Assembly (NCBI GenBank): GCA_045655825.1
Contig: JAZOPY010000142.1
Span: 9,922-73,921, forward strand
DNA from: Candidatus Cryptobacteroides sp.
GTDB taxonomy: Bacteria > Bacteroidota > Bacteroidia > Bacteroidales > UBA932
DNA: 64,000 nucleotides
Direction of reading: 5' to 3'
The notes under the pieces were generated by a model. That model worked only from the letters and a program-made list of their open reading frames with translations. It had not been told where the DNA came from and made no database searches. This document shows, piece after piece, positions 10,321 to 20,597 of the stretch (positions are counted from its first letter, which is position 1; each line of letters starts with the position of its first letter). A program made the translations under genes and the position numbers.

Positions 10321-12650
10321 TGATGAAATACTTTTTCAAAGTTATATCCGTGCTTCTTGCATGTGTGCTTTGCTCATGTACGGATCTGTCGCGCCTGGAA
10401 TCAGAAGTGACAGATGTTCGCCAGGAGATAGAGCAGCTGACTCAAGAGTGCGAGGCGATAAACTCCCGTATTGAATCTCTGCAGCAGCTTGTGCAGCAGA
10501 TCCAGGCAAGGGAAAGCATAACAGGGGTAACGGAGATCAAGGATGTTTATGGTCAGGTCATCGGTTATACTGTCACTTTCAAGAATGCCGAGACGATAAC
10601 CTTTTATCTGCCGGTCATTACTGATGCTCCAGCAGAAGTTCCTGTCATATCGGTCGTTGAGGAAGAAGATGGGGTGTGGTGGCTCGTCAACGGTGATTAT
10701 ATTCTTGATTCACAGGGAAATAAGGTGCCGGTAGGACTAGAGGGCACTACTCCTGAACTTATGGTGGATGAAGGTCGTTGGTATATCTCTCTGGATTGTG
10801 GAAAGACATGGCAGGAGGTTTCTGTCGTCACAGGTCAGGATGGCATTGGTACAGGCGTGCAGTCTGTTATAGATGGTAAGGATGAAGTGACTTTTGTGCT
10901 GACTGACGGCACTGTTCTATGTGTTCCAAAATCTCAGACTGCCACTTTGGATATTTCATATAATAGTAAGGTGGTTTCCGGCGCGACAGTCAGCATATAT
11001 TACAAATTCTCCAGCTCCACTGGTGTCGCCAATGTAACTGCATTCGCTAATAAGAATGTTGGCAACGTGTCGGTTAACCATAGACCTCAGTACTCGGACG
11101 GTTATATCTATGTTGACATCAGTCCAGACACTGACGTGGCTTTGCAGAAGGTTTATGTATATCTGGATTATGGCGAGGGAACGCTTGTGAGGACACTGGA
11201 GTTTTCGGAACATGGATACTTTGATATAGATCCTGTTGCGGCAGTTCCTGCTGTCGGTGGCGAGATTTCATTGAATCTCAGCAACAGCGGATATCCATAC
11301 GTGTATTCTGAAATTGTTCAAGGAGGAGACTGGCTGTCTCAGCAGGGAAATGTATATACTGCAAGTGCAAATGCAGGGTCAAAGGCTCGTGTAGGCGCAG
11401 TAAAGTTTGAACCACGCACATCTGCCATGGCCCAGGCGAACTTTACCAAGACAGTCTATATCGTGCAGCTTGGAACCGGTTCTTTCCCTTGCTATGAGGA
11501 GTATGCAGGCCTCTGGAAGTTAAACGGTTCCGATAAGATCATTGAGGTTCGCCTGGATTATACCAGAAGCAGAGGGTATAAGGTGACCGGCCTGGAAGGT
11601 GCTGCGATGGCGGCTGAGTATAATCAGTCATCAGGAGCTATGGAAATATCATCCCGTTCATATACCTTCAAGCTTTCCTCTGACAAGAACAGCATGACTT
11701 CCAACTATTCGAGCGCTGCATTCCAACGTCAGGGATTGGCTTCATATTTTGAGGACGGAGAAATCTTAAAGCTCAATACAGCCGCTTCCGGCTATACTCC
11801 GCTCAATCTTGTGATTCTCGGCGACGGTTATCAGGAGAAGGATCTTCGTCATGGCGGAAAGTTCGAAAGGTCGGCAAGATCAGCCATGGATGCGTTCTTC
11901 AGTGTCGAGCCTCTCAAGAGCTTCAAGGACAGATTTGATGTGTATATGGTCGCGTATAAGTCTCAGGATGAGGGAGTTGATATCGAGAGCCAGGGGCTTA
12001 GGGTGAATACGTATTTTGATACTTACTGGAATGGAAATTCCACAGCTATGTGGGTGTATGATTCCGGACGCGACAAGGTTATTGATGTTGTGAAAAACAG
12101 GCTGGGACTCTCGTCGGATTCCAAATACTACAGGACCGTTGTGCTTGTGCTTGTAAATACCGACGTCGTCGCAGGTTCATGCGGATATCCATACAGGGAA
12201 CGCTATTCAAATACAAGCACTTTGGGCGAGCCTTATGCGTCATTTGCGATTGCCGTGCTGCCGGCCAACAATTCAATGGGAACACGCGGGTTGGTAAGAC
12301 ATGAACTTGGTGGACATGCGTTCGGACGCCTTGGCGATGAGTATGAGTCAAAGTCGTACGGAAGCGACCTTGAGGACTGGCATTCGAAAGGCTTCTATAG
12401 AAACATCACCACCAACAAGAATTCCTGGAACTGGGACAGTTTCATCGGAAGATCCGGTTATGAGGATGTGACTTATTTCTGGAGAAACAACTATTGGTGT
12501 GCTTCGCAGGGTGGCATCATGTATAACAACAATGGTGAATTCAATGCCCCTTCGCGTCAGATAATCTACGAAAGAATCATCCGTCAGTCAGAAGGGGCCG
12601 GAGCGTACAGTTTCGATAAGTTTCTGGAGTACGACAAGCGTAATCTGTAG
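10320..12650 (+). CDS. Lipoprotein: DUF4988-like N-terminus, BACON-like region, M64 (IgA peptidase-like) metallopeptidase
   Basis: Lipobox LCSC; LVILGDGY, FSVEPLKSFKDRFDVY, HELGGHAFGRLGDEY, FNAPSRQIIYERI. Confidence 0.82.
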   Translation: MMKYFFKVISVLLACVLCSCTDLSRLESEVTDVRQEIEQLTQECEAINSRIESLQQLVQQIQARESITGVTEIKDVYGQVIGYTVTFKNAETITFYLPVITDAPAEVPVISVVEEEDGVWWLVNGDYILDSQGNKVPVGLEGTTPELMVDEGRWYISLDCGKTWQEVSVVTGQDGIGTGVQSVIDGKDEVTFVLTDGTVLCVPKSQTATLDISYNSKVVSGATVSIYYKFSSSTGVANVTAFANKNVGNVSVNHRPQYSDGYIYVDISPDTDVALQKVYVYLDYGEGTLVRTLEFSEHGYFDIDPVAAVPAVGGEISLNLSNSGYPYVYSEIVQGGDWLSQQGNVYTASANAGSKARVGAVKFEPRTSAMAQANFTKTVYIVQLGTGSFPCYEEYAGLWKLNGSDKIIEVRLDYTRSRGYKVTGLEGAAMAAEYNQSSGAMEISSRSYTFKLSSDKNSMTSNYSSAAFQRQGLASYFEDGEILKLNTAASGYTPLNLVILGDGYQEKDLRHGGKFERSARSAMDAFFSVEPLKSFKDRFDVYMVAYKSQDEGVDIESQGLRVNTYFDTYWNGNSTAMWVYDSGRDKVIDVVKNRLGLSSDSKYYRTVVLVLVNTDVVAGSCGYPYRERYSNTSTLGEPYASFAIAVLPANNSMGTRGLVRHELGGHAFGRLGDEYESKSYGSDLEDWHSKGFYRNITTNKNSWNWDSFIGRSGYEDVTYFWRNNYWCASQGGIMYNNNGEFNAPSRQIIYERIIRQSEGAGAYSFDKFLEYDKRNL

Positions 12651-12769
12651 TATAAGCCCAGCAACGGGCTGAGTTGAAAAGAACCCCTTTACGTCCCTTC
12701 GGGACTTCATTCCCCCTGCGGCCAGGGGGGTAGCACGCTTTTCAACGTCAGCCCGTTGCTGGGTTTATA
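12651..12769. repeat. Modular intergenic palindrome (REP/REPIN-like), copy A
   Basis: About 30-bp outer inverted arms enclosing hairpins GTCCC-TTC-GGGAC and CCCCCTG-CGGC-CAGGGGG; lies between convergent genes. Confidence 0.8.
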
Positions 12770-12779
12770 ATAGGTCGTA

Positions 12780-14585
12780 TTATACGTTGTCCTGGAAGAG
12801 GACGCTGCAGGCGTCGGACGGCATGTTCCAGGCTCCGCGAGGGGAGAGTGATACTGAACCGACTGCAGGACCGTCAGGGAGGCATGAACGCTTGAACTGC
12901 TGGTTGAAGAAACGGCGCATGAATGTCTTGAGCCACTTCTTGATGGTTTCGTCCGAGTATGTGCCTTCAAACGCCTTCCGGGCAAGGAAGAATATCTTCT
13001 CAGGTGCAAATCCGTTCCTCACAAAGTTGTAGATAAAGAAGTCGTGGAGTTCGTAAGGTCCTACGAGGTCTTCTGTTACCTGCTGGATCTCGCCTTTGTC
13101 GTTTGCAGGCAGAAGCTCTGGGCTGATAGGAGTATCCACGATGTCCATGAGTATGCTCTTCTCTTTTTCAAACCTGTTTTCTGCTGCCCATTTTACAAGA
13201 CTGCGCACCAAGGTCTTAGGGATTCCAGCATTTACGCCGTACATTGACATGTGGTCTCCGTTGTATGTTGCCCATCCAAGTGCCAGTTCCGAGAGGTCTC
13301 CTGTGCCGATCACAAGTCCCCATGTCTGGTTTGATATGTCCATGAGGATCTGAGTCCTTTCGCGTGCCTGGGAGTTCTCGTAAACGACGTCGTGGTTTGC
13401 AGGGTCGTGTCCGATGTCCTTGAAATGCTGCTCGCATGCGGCTTTCACGCTCACTTCTCTTGATGTGATGCCAAGGGCGTCCATGAGGTCTGTGGCGTTG
13501 TTCTTGGTGCGGCTTGTTGTGCCGAAGCCTGGCATGGTCACTCCGATGATTCTGTCTCTGCTCCAGCCCAATTTGTCAAATGCCAATGCCGTAACCAGAA
13601 GGGCGAGCGTGCTGTCCAGACCGCCTGAGATGCCGATCACAGCTGTCTTGCACTGAAGGTGGTTCAGTCTTGTCGCAAGTCCTGCGACCTGGATTTCAAG
13701 AATTTCCTTACACCTCTCGTCCATCTCTGCTTCTGGTGCAAACGGATGCGGCTCGATGGGTCTGTGTAGCTTTGCATTGAAGTCGGTAGGATAGCCTGCG
13801 CCAGCCTCAATTATGGAGAAGTCTCCAGACATGTTGCTGCTGTGTGCATCAGCTCTTCTGAGATTTTCGATCTTCTCGATGTCCACATCAGCGATTATCA
13901 TTGACGAGTTCGTCATGAAGCGCTCGTTTTCGGCCAGACATTCTCCTGTTTCCCAGATACTTGCGGCACCGGCGTGTACGAAATCTGTCGTCGACTCGCC
14001 AAATCCCGCACCGACATGTATATAGGCACAAATGTTCCTGAGGGTTTCGCTCTCAAGGATGAGTCTGCGGCGTCTGTTGGTCATGATAAGCTCGTTTTCC
14101 GCAGAAGGGCACAATACGATATGTGCTCCTGCTTCCGCACAGAAGGCGAAGACTGCTTCTTCGATGGCGAATGCCAGATCAGAACCCATGAGACATTCCT
14201 GTCCGGCATACTTCAACGTGCCGATAGACATTGCCTCTTGTGGGACTATGCCTTTGATCTCGCCGTCGGCGATAACTATGTTACATGCAGTTACCTGCCC
14301 GTTATATCCGACAGGGGCTCCCACTACAATTGTAGTCGATTTGCCTTTTGTGTGTTCTACGATTGCCTTTACGCCATCCTCTGCGCCTTTCAAAAGGAGA
14401 GACTGACGGAAGAGGTCTCCGCATGTTGAACCTGTCAAGGAGAGTTCTGGAAACACAACAAGCGAAACCTCCTTGTCAAAGGCTTCGCTTGCGAGTCTGC
14501 AGATTTCCTCCGTATTGAATCTTGTGTCGGCGACCTTCACAGTAGGAACGGCCGCTGCAACACGGATGAAACCGTAATTATTCAT
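12780..14585 (-). CDS. nadE: NAD+ synthetase, two-domain type (glutaminase domain looks degenerate)
   Basis: GISGGLDS, ENSQARER, GTGDLSE, PISPEL, QQFKRSCLPDGP; N-terminal nitrilase fold with FPEL. Confidence 0.95.
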   Translation of the reverse strand: MNNYGFIRVAAAVPTVKVADTRFNTEEICRLASEAFDKEVSLVVFPELSLTGSTCGDLFRQSLLLKGAEDGVKAIVEHTKGKSTTIVVGAPVGYNGQVTACNIVIADGEIKGIVPQEAMSIGTLKYAGQECLMGSDLAFAIEEAVFAFCAEAGAHIVLCPSAENELIMTNRRRRLILESETLRNICAYIHVGAGFGESTTDFVHAGAASIWETGECLAENERFMTNSSMIIADVDIEKIENLRRADAHSSNMSGDFSIIEAGAGYPTDFNAKLHRPIEPHPFAPEAEMDERCKEILEIQVAGLATRLNHLQCKTAVIGISGGLDSTLALLVTALAFDKLGWSRDRIIGVTMPGFGTTSRTKNNATDLMDALGITSREVSVKAACEQHFKDIGHDPANHDVVYENSQARERTQILMDISNQTWGLVIGTGDLSELALGWATYNGDHMSMYGVNAGIPKTLVRSLVKWAAENRFEKEKSILMDIVDTPISPELLPANDKGEIQQVTEDLVGPYELHDFFIYNFVRNGFAPEKIFFLARKAFEGTYSDETIKKWLKTFMRRFFNQQFKRSCLPDGPAVGSVSLSPRGAWNMPSDACSVLFQDNV

Positions 14586-14594
14586 GTTTGATGA

Positions 14595-14918
14595 TTAAAG
14601 TTCTTCAAAATTTACGTCGGTGAACTTGTCGCCGTCCTTAAGACAATTTGTCTTGATGTAGTTGATCACTTCCTCAAGTCCTTCGGTGAACTTTTCGAAA
14701 TCTTCCTTGTAAAGGAAAATCTTGTGTTTGTCATAAGCGAAATGACCGTTGCTGTCCATCCTGCGCTTGCTTTCTGTGATCGTCAGATAATAATCCTTGC
14801 CCTTTGTGGCCTTGACGTCAAAGAAGTATGTACGCTTTCCTGCCCTTACCGGTTTTGAGAAAACATCTTCACCTGAGCGCTCCTGAGCATTTGCTCCATC
14901 AAATTCCTCACTATACAT
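14595..14918 (-). CDS. PUR-family (DUF3276) nucleic-acid-binding protein
   Basis: FSKPVRAGKRTYFFDVK, YLTITES, KHKIFLYKEDF. Confidence 0.9.
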   Translation of the reverse strand: MYSEEFDGANAQERSGEDVFSKPVRAGKRTYFFDVKATKGKDYYLTITESKRRMDSNGHFAYDKHKIFLYKEDFEKFTEGLEEVINYIKTNCLKDGDKFTDVNFEEL

Positions 14919-14944
14919 AGCTTATCTTTTTTAGTAAATCTCTA

Positions 14945-14982
14945 CAAAGTTAGGGATTTTTCTGAAAATCGGTGTATATTTG
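14945..14982. promoter_or_regulatory. Back-to-back Bacteroidetes -7 promoters (PUR-nadE and nusB operons)
   Basis: TAACTTTG on minus (14945-14952) and TATATTTG on plus (14975-14982). Confidence 0.7.
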
Positions 14983-15004
14983 CATAAATTTTATAGGATA
15001 TACT

Positions 15005-15964
15005 ATGCTTAACAGAAGAATTTTGAGAATCAAGGCCTTCAAGGTGCTTTATGGCAGTGTTCTTTCAGATGAAAAGTCGCTTGCACAGGCACAGTCGCAG
15101 CTGGAACAGTCATGCGAAGCTGCAAGGGACCTTTACATCTATATGCTTTCCATCATTTCTCCGTTGACCAACATCGCTCGTGAGAGGATCGAGGCCGCTC
15201 AGAAGAAGTACAATCAGACTGAGGAGGAGAAGAATCCGAACATGAAGTTTGCGGAAAACGCTCTCGCCAAGCTCATTGACGCAGATGTGGATTTCCAGAA
15301 GCTTCTTGCAAAGAAGAAGTTTTCATGGGCGCAGTATGATCTCCTTTTGAAGAAGGTAATGACCTCAGTTGCTTCAAAGGAGTATTATGCTGAGTATATG
15401 GCGTCTCCAAAGTGCTCTCTCAAGGAAGACTGCAAACTCTTTACAAAGATTTTTGAAGAGGAGTTCGTTGACAGCGAGGAACTTGAGATGATTCTTGAGG
15501 AGAAGTCCCTCCATTGGAATGATGACCTTGCTTATGCCTTGACATGGTGCTGCCGTACATTGAAGTCATTTGCTGACGGTGAGGCATGGAAGATGCCGGC
15601 ACTTTATCAGAGCGAGATGATGAAGGGTAGCGAAGTCGAAAGTGACAAGCTTTTCGTGACAAGACTTCTCCAGCATTCTTTTGCCGGTTATGAGAAATAT
15701 TCGAATATGGTGGCTGAGTCTGTTGAAGGCTGGGAGAAGGAACGCCTCTTCTCAACAGATGTGATCCTTATAGCAATGGGTCTTGCAGAAGCAGTCAATT
15801 TCCCTACAATTCCGGTAAAGGTAACCATCAACGAGTATGTGGAGCTTTCAAAGTTCTATGGCACGCCAAAGAGCCGTGCATTCGTAAACGGTCTTCTTGA
15901 CAGACTCATACAGAAGCTTGTCAATGACGGTCAGATCGTCAAGGAAGGAAAAGGATTATTATAA
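15005..15964 (+). CDS. nusB: Transcription antitermination factor NusB (long Bacteroidetes form)
   Basis: MLNRRILRIK, IPVKVTINEYVELSKFYGTPKS, FVNGLLD. Confidence 0.93.
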   Translation: MLNRRILRIKAFKVLYGSVLSDEKSLAQAQSQLEQSCEAARDLYIYMLSIISPLTNIARERIEAAQKKYNQTEEEKNPNMKFAENALAKLIDADVDFQKLLAKKKFSWAQYDLLLKKVMTSVASKEYYAEYMASPKCSLKEDCKLFTKIFEEEFVDSEELEMILEEKSLHWNDDLAYALTWCCRTLKSFADGEAWKMPALYQSEMMKGSEVESDKLFVTRLLQHSFAGYEKYSNMVAESVEGWEKERLFSTDVILIAMGLAEAVNFPTIPVKVTINEYVELSKFYGTPKSRAFVNGLLDRLIQKLVNDGQIVKEGKGLL

Positions 15965-15985
15965 ACGAATTAAAAAATACAGAAA

Positions 15986-16396
15986 ATGAAAACATTTACA
16001 CTTATGCAGACTACCGGTGAGGTTGTGGAGAATGCACCGGTAACAACATCAGAGGTAGCAGCAGAGACTACAACAACTCAGCAGGATCCTGCAAGCGCAA
16101 CAGAGACTGAGCAGGTTCAGCAGCAGGGCAGCCCATGGACAATGTGGATTATGCTTGCTCTCATCTTCGGAGTTATGTATTTCTTCATGATCCGTCCTCA
16201 GAAGAAGCAGCAGAAGGAACTTCAGAAGTTCCGTGACTCACTTCAGAAGGGTGACAAGGTCGTTACAATCGGCGGTATCTACGGAACTGTAGTTGAAGTT
16301 AAGGATGCTACTGTCCTCGTTGAAGTTGACAATGGCGTAAAGGTACGCTTCAGCAAGCAGGCTCTCGTTAAGGATTTCACTGATCCTCAGCAGTAG
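15986..16396 (+). CDS. yajC: Preprotein translocase subunit YajC
   Basis: YFFMIRPQKK, GDKVVTIGGIYG. Confidence 0.95.
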   Translation: MKTFTLMQTTGEVVENAPVTTSEVAAETTTTQQDPASATETEQVQQQGSPWTMWIMLALIFGVMYFFMIRPQKKQQKELQKFRDSLQKGDKVVTIGGIYGTVVEVKDATVLVEVDNGVKVRFSKQALVKDFTDPQQ

Positions 16397-16412
16397 GATC
16401 TGATCCTCGAAA

Positions 16413-17387
16413 ATGAGAGATTTTATAAACAGAATCTATAAGTTGCTGAATCTCAGTGGAAGAGACTGGGTGGTGTTTGTACTCGCTCTTCTGCTGGCAT
16501 TCAGCACTTGGGTTATACATAAGCTCTCATTGGAATATAGCGTGTTTCTGACTGTTGAAGTCGTTGCTGAAAGCAACATCGAAGGACGTTCCAACAGGTC
16601 GTCAGGAGCAACTGAAATCATGGCCAGATGCCGTACGACAGGATGGCGCATTCTGTATGCTCAGATGAAGCGTGGGGAGATTGTAAATATAAAATTCCCA
16701 GCAACGGTGTTTCAGCATGAAGATGATGAGAGATACTTCGTCACATCTGAAAAGCTTCACGAATATGTAGACCAGATATTCGGCAGCAGTGTGTCACTGG
16801 AGTATTTCGTTACTGATAAAATATATTTCAAGTTCCCTCAGGAGATTTTCAAGAGAGTGCCGGTAAAGCCGGTGACCTCTCTGGCATTTGAGGACCAGTT
16901 CATTGCTTCCTCTCAGTTGGTGATAACTCCAGATACTGTTACTGTTTATGGAGACAAACTGCATCTTGATGCCCTTGAGTATGTGACTACAGCTACAATA
17001 TCCCATTCTTCGATCAACAAGGACTTCAGTGGTATGGTTTCTCTGACTCCGATCAATGGAATGAGATTCTCTGTAGATGAAGTGCACTATGAAATGGACG
17101 TTGTACGCTATCTTGAAGTTATCAGAAAGAATGTTCCTGTACTTGTCGTGAATACCCCTTCTGGAGTAGAATGTGCAGCTGAGCCAGCATCAGTAGATGT
17201 TCTGCTGGATGTGGAGTTTCCCCTTAAGGACGACCCGAAGAAGGATATGGTGGTTACAGCCGACTATAATGAACTGAAGACGTCTCTGTCAGGTAAAGTC
17301 TCACTCAAGCCGTCCAGCATGCCCCTTGGGGTCGTACGATATGAGATTAATCCTGTAGCGGTACGTATAAGGGAGATCGTCGAGTGA
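16413..17387 (+). CDS. YbbR/CdaR-like membrane-anchored protein
   Basis: N-terminal TM, KRVPV, PDTVTVYG; usual position between yajC and coaE. Confidence 0.75.
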   Translation: MRDFINRIYKLLNLSGRDWVVFVLALLLAFSTWVIHKLSLEYSVFLTVEVVAESNIEGRSNRSSGATEIMARCRTTGWRILYAQMKRGEIVNIKFPATVFQHEDDERYFVTSEKLHEYVDQIFGSSVSLEYFVTDKIYFKFPQEIFKRVPVKPVTSLAFEDQFIASSQLVITPDTVTVYGDKLHLDALEYVTTATISHSSINKDFSGMVSLTPINGMRFSVDEVHYEMDVVRYLEVIRKNVPVLVVNTPSGVECAAEPASVDVLLDVEFPLKDDPKKDMVVTADYNELKTSLSGKVSLKPSSMPLGVVRYEINPVAVRIREIVE

Positions 17388-17989
17388 TGGTCATTGTCAT
17401 TACAGGAGGCATAGGCAGCGGGAAGTCTGAGGTCTGCCGGATATTGAAGAATATGGGTTTCTGCGCCCAATATAATGCAGATGCGCGGGCAAAGGCGCTG
17501 TACGAAGAACATCCTTCTTTGCTCGCAGATATTGAAAGTGCGCTGGGATGTAGTTTAAGAGATGAGGACGGTCGGTTTGTTCCGGCTAGACTTGCAGCCA
17601 GGATATTCAATGAACCGAATTCTCTGGAACTGGTCGAGGCTCATCTGTTTCCTGTGATGATGGATGATTTTGCATCCTTTGCTGGAGAATGTGGGGAGAG
17701 AGTAGTGGTCTTCGAGTCGGCCACTGTGTTGGAAAAACCTCAGTTTGAGGGCTTCGGTGATAAGATAGTTCTTGTCGATGCCCCGTTTGAGACAAGGCTC
17801 GAAAGGGCATGCAGACGTGACGGAGCAGATCCTGAAAAAGTGCTTGCCCGCATGCAGAACCAGAAGCTTATGAACGAATTGTCGGCTGGCGGAGAGGATC
17901 CACGCATAGATTGCCGCATCGTCAACGACTGTTCGATGGAAGAACTGGTATGCCGAACCAAAATTGCAATTAACAGTTTAATATCATAA
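17387..17989 (+). CDS. coaE: Dephospho-CoA kinase
   Basis: ITGGIGSGKS P-loop, ADARAK, RMQNQ. Confidence 0.93.
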   Translation: MVIVITGGIGSGKSEVCRILKNMGFCAQYNADARAKALYEEHPSLLADIESALGCSLRDEDGRFVPARLAARIFNEPNSLELVEAHLFPVMMDDFASFAGECGERVVVFESATVLEKPQFEGFGDKIVLVDAPFETRLERACRRDGADPEKVLARMQNQKLMNELSAGGEDPRIDCRIVNDCSMEELVCRTKIAINSLIS

Positions 17990-17992
17990 GAA

Positions 17993-18421
17993 ATGAAGAC
18001 AGATCTTACTAAAGTATTGGCAGTTTCAGGCCAGAGCGGCTTGTACCTTTATATCTTATCGACCCGCACAGGCGCTGTAGTCGAGGCTCTTGCAGACAAG
18101 AAGAGAAGTGCGGTAAGCGCTACAAGCAAGATTACTTCTCTTGCTGATATCTCAATCTATACTGATGATGAGGAGGTTAAGCTCCAGCAGGTGTTCCTCA
18201 ATATGAAGGAGGTTCTCGGAGATGCAGATGCACCGTCTGCTAAGTCAAAGCCAGAGGAGCTCAAGGCGCTTTTCGAGAAGGCTCTTCCTGACTACGACCG
18301 CGACCGTTTCTATGTATCTCACATGAAGAAGGTTGTCGAGTGGTACAACGCTCTTAAGAATTACGCTTCTCTCGACTTCGTCAATCCAGAGGACGAGGCT
18401 GCAGAGGCTGAGCAGGAGTAA
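17993..18421 (+). CDS. DUF5606 family protein
   Basis: LAVSGQSGLY, SLADISIYT, LPDYDRDRFYVSHMKKVVEWYN. Confidence 0.85.
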   Translation: MKTDLTKVLAVSGQSGLYLYILSTRTGAVVEALADKKRSAVSATSKITSLADISIYTDDEEVKLQQVFLNMKEVLGDADAPSAKSKPEELKALFEKALPDYDRDRFYVSHMKKVVEWYNALKNYASLDFVNPEDEAAEAEQE

Positions 18422-18424
18422 TTC

Positions 18425-19744
18425 ATGTTAAAGAAATTACAGACCGTCACCTTGGGCTGTTCCAAGAACAAGGTTGACACAGAGCATATCCTTTCCCAGG
18501 TAGATGATCTTTATGAGATCATTCCCGAGGGAGAGGATATTCCCGTTGATGTACTCCTCATAAACACATGCGGTTTTATCGGTGATGCCAAGGAGGAATC
18601 AATCCAGGCTGTCCTCGAAGGTGTTGATAGAAAAATGCGCGGTGAAGTCGGAAAGGTTATTGTATTCGGTTGTCTTTCACAGCGTTATGCTTCTGAGATG
18701 CCTGAGCTTATCCCTGAGGTGGATGCTTGGTTCGGTGCCCGTGAGTTTGATCCTGTGATCCGTGAGCTGGGTGCTGAGCCTTCTGATGAGAAAAGGGCTG
18801 AACGCTACTTGACCACGCCGTCTCATTATGCCTATCTGAAGATTTCAGAAGGCTGTGACCGTCGATGCTCGTACTGTGCCATCCCATTCATCCGAGGCGC
18901 ACATAAGTCTGTGCCGATGGAAGATCTTGTTGCTGAGGCCAGGAGCCTGGCTGCCCAGGGAGTTCGTGAACTGATAATCATTGCACAGGATACGACGTAC
19001 TATGGCCTTGATCTATACAAGCGCCGTGCACTGGCCGAACTTCTTCAGAAACTTTCCGAGGTTGAAGGAATCGAATGGATGAGGATTCATTACTCATATC
19101 CTGCTGCTTTCCCTGAGGATGTGCTCGACCAGATGGCGAACAATCCGAAGGTGTGCCGCTACATGGACATCCCGCTTCAGCATATCTCTGATAAGGTCCT
19201 GGACAACATGCATCGTCATGTTACCGGAGCCTGGACACGAGAACTGATCAATAAAATGCGCGAGAAGGTTCCGGGAGTTGTGTTGAGAACGACCATGATT
19301 GTAGGCCATCCGGGAGAGGGTAAGCGTGATTTCAACGAACTGCTTGAGTTTGCGAAGGAAGCTCGTTTCGAGCGTCTCGGTGCGTTCAAGTATTCAGAAG
19401 AGGAAGGTACATACGGTGCTGAAAACTTCAAGGACAGCATCTCGAATCGTGTGAAGCAGGAACGTCTGGATGAGCTGATGACTCTTCAGAGCGAGATTTC
19501 GCTTTCATTCAATCAGTCGAGAGTCGGTTCCGAGATAGATGTTATCGTGGATGACTTCGTTGATGGAGTGTATGTATGTCGAAGCGAGTTTGAAAGCCCT
19601 GAGGTTGATGGTGAAATACTTGTAAGACATGATTCGGCAGTGATGGGTGATGTCGATCCGTACTCACTTGTCGGTGAATTCATCAAGGTCCGCGTGATCG
19701 GAGCAGATGAATATGACCTTATTGCAGAACCTATAGAGATTTAA
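18425..19744 (+). CDS. rimO: Ribosomal protein S12 methylthiotransferase
   Basis: LGCSKNKVDTE, NTCGFI, radical SAM CDRRCSYC, SPEVDG TRAM domain. Confidence 0.96.
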   Translation: MLKKLQTVTLGCSKNKVDTEHILSQVDDLYEIIPEGEDIPVDVLLINTCGFIGDAKEESIQAVLEGVDRKMRGEVGKVIVFGCLSQRYASEMPELIPEVDAWFGAREFDPVIRELGAEPSDEKRAERYLTTPSHYAYLKISEGCDRRCSYCAIPFIRGAHKSVPMEDLVAEARSLAAQGVRELIIIAQDTTYYGLDLYKRRALAELLQKLSEVEGIEWMRIHYSYPAAFPEDVLDQMANNPKVCRYMDIPLQHISDKVLDNMHRHVTGAWTRELINKMREKVPGVVLRTTMIVGHPGEGKRDFNELLEFAKEARFERLGAFKYSEEEGTYGAENFKDSISNRVKQERLDELMTLQSEISLSFNQSRVGSEIDVIVDDFVDGVYVCRSEFESPEVDGEILVRHDSAVMGDVDPYSLVGEFIKVRVIGADEYDLIAEPIEI

Positions 19745-19745
19745 T

Positions 19746-20570
19746 ATGATGAAAAAGACACTTATCCTTTTCTCTGTGCTGATGATGCTTCTTGCGTCAT
19801 GTGGCCCGAGCAAGCATGTCATGCATGTGGATATGAGATATCCTTCGAAGGCTGGAATCGATCTTGGTGGAAAGATCCCTTCTGTGGTCTACATTGAGAC
19901 CTCGGATGCAATTGTCACAACCTTCACTGCAGGTATGGCGGCATCCTTTGCAGCATCTCTTGAGAGGGACCTTGGTATGGAAGAGGGTAGTGTCGGCGTG
20001 TACAGGATGCCTCAGTCGCAGGATATTGACTGTACAGACAAGTCTACGCTTCTTGATCTTTTGATTGATACGGATGCTGACGTTGTTTTCCTGTTTGACG
20101 AGACAAAACTAGGAGATTATGAGGCTTCTGCAACGGCGGTGCTGGTTCCTTTTACGATGAATCTGTATTGCTTTGACGGCATGGATAAGTCAGAAGAGGT
20201 CAAGTACTTTACAGGCAGCAGCAGAGCCTACCTGGACGGTTCTGATGCTGGTATAACAGTGGCTCAGTCATTTAAGACACAGTGGAAGACAGAGCCATAT
20301 TCGCTTGCATACTATGACAATGAGAAATGGTATCTTGCTTTAGACAAGGCGGAAGCCTATGACTGGAAGGGGGCAATGGACCAGTGGTTCAAGCTTCTTG
20401 ATTCATACGACCTGATGAAGCGTGCGTGTGCTGAATACAATATTGCCGTTGCCTGCTATATGCTCGGTGATTACGCTCTTGCCGAGCAGTGGCTTGACAG
20501 GAGTGATGCTGACAACAAGCTTCCTAATATGTCTGACTCGCTGCGTAAGAGAATAGACGCTCGCAAATAA
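19746..20570 (+). CDS. Lipoprotein with C-terminal TPR (DUF6340-like)
   Basis: Lipobox LASC; AEYNIAVACYMLGDY TPR-like helix. Confidence 0.65.
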   Translation: MMKKTLILFSVLMMLLASCGPSKHVMHVDMRYPSKAGIDLGGKIPSVVYIETSDAIVTTFTAGMAASFAASLERDLGMEEGSVGVYRMPQSQDIDCTDKSTLLDLLIDTDADVVFLFDETKLGDYEASATAVLVPFTMNLYCFDGMDKSEEVKYFTGSSRAYLDGSDAGITVAQSFKTQWKTEPYSLAYYDNEKWYLALDKAEAYDWKGAMDQWFKLLDSYDLMKRACAEYNIAVACYMLGDYALAEQWLDRSDADNKLPNMSDSLRKRIDARK

Positions 20571-20597
20571 TTTTCATCGAAATTCAAGTTCAATAAT

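Noticed and set aside
12707-13009. 100-aa minus ORF
   Set aside because: Alternate frame over the nadE end and palindrome A
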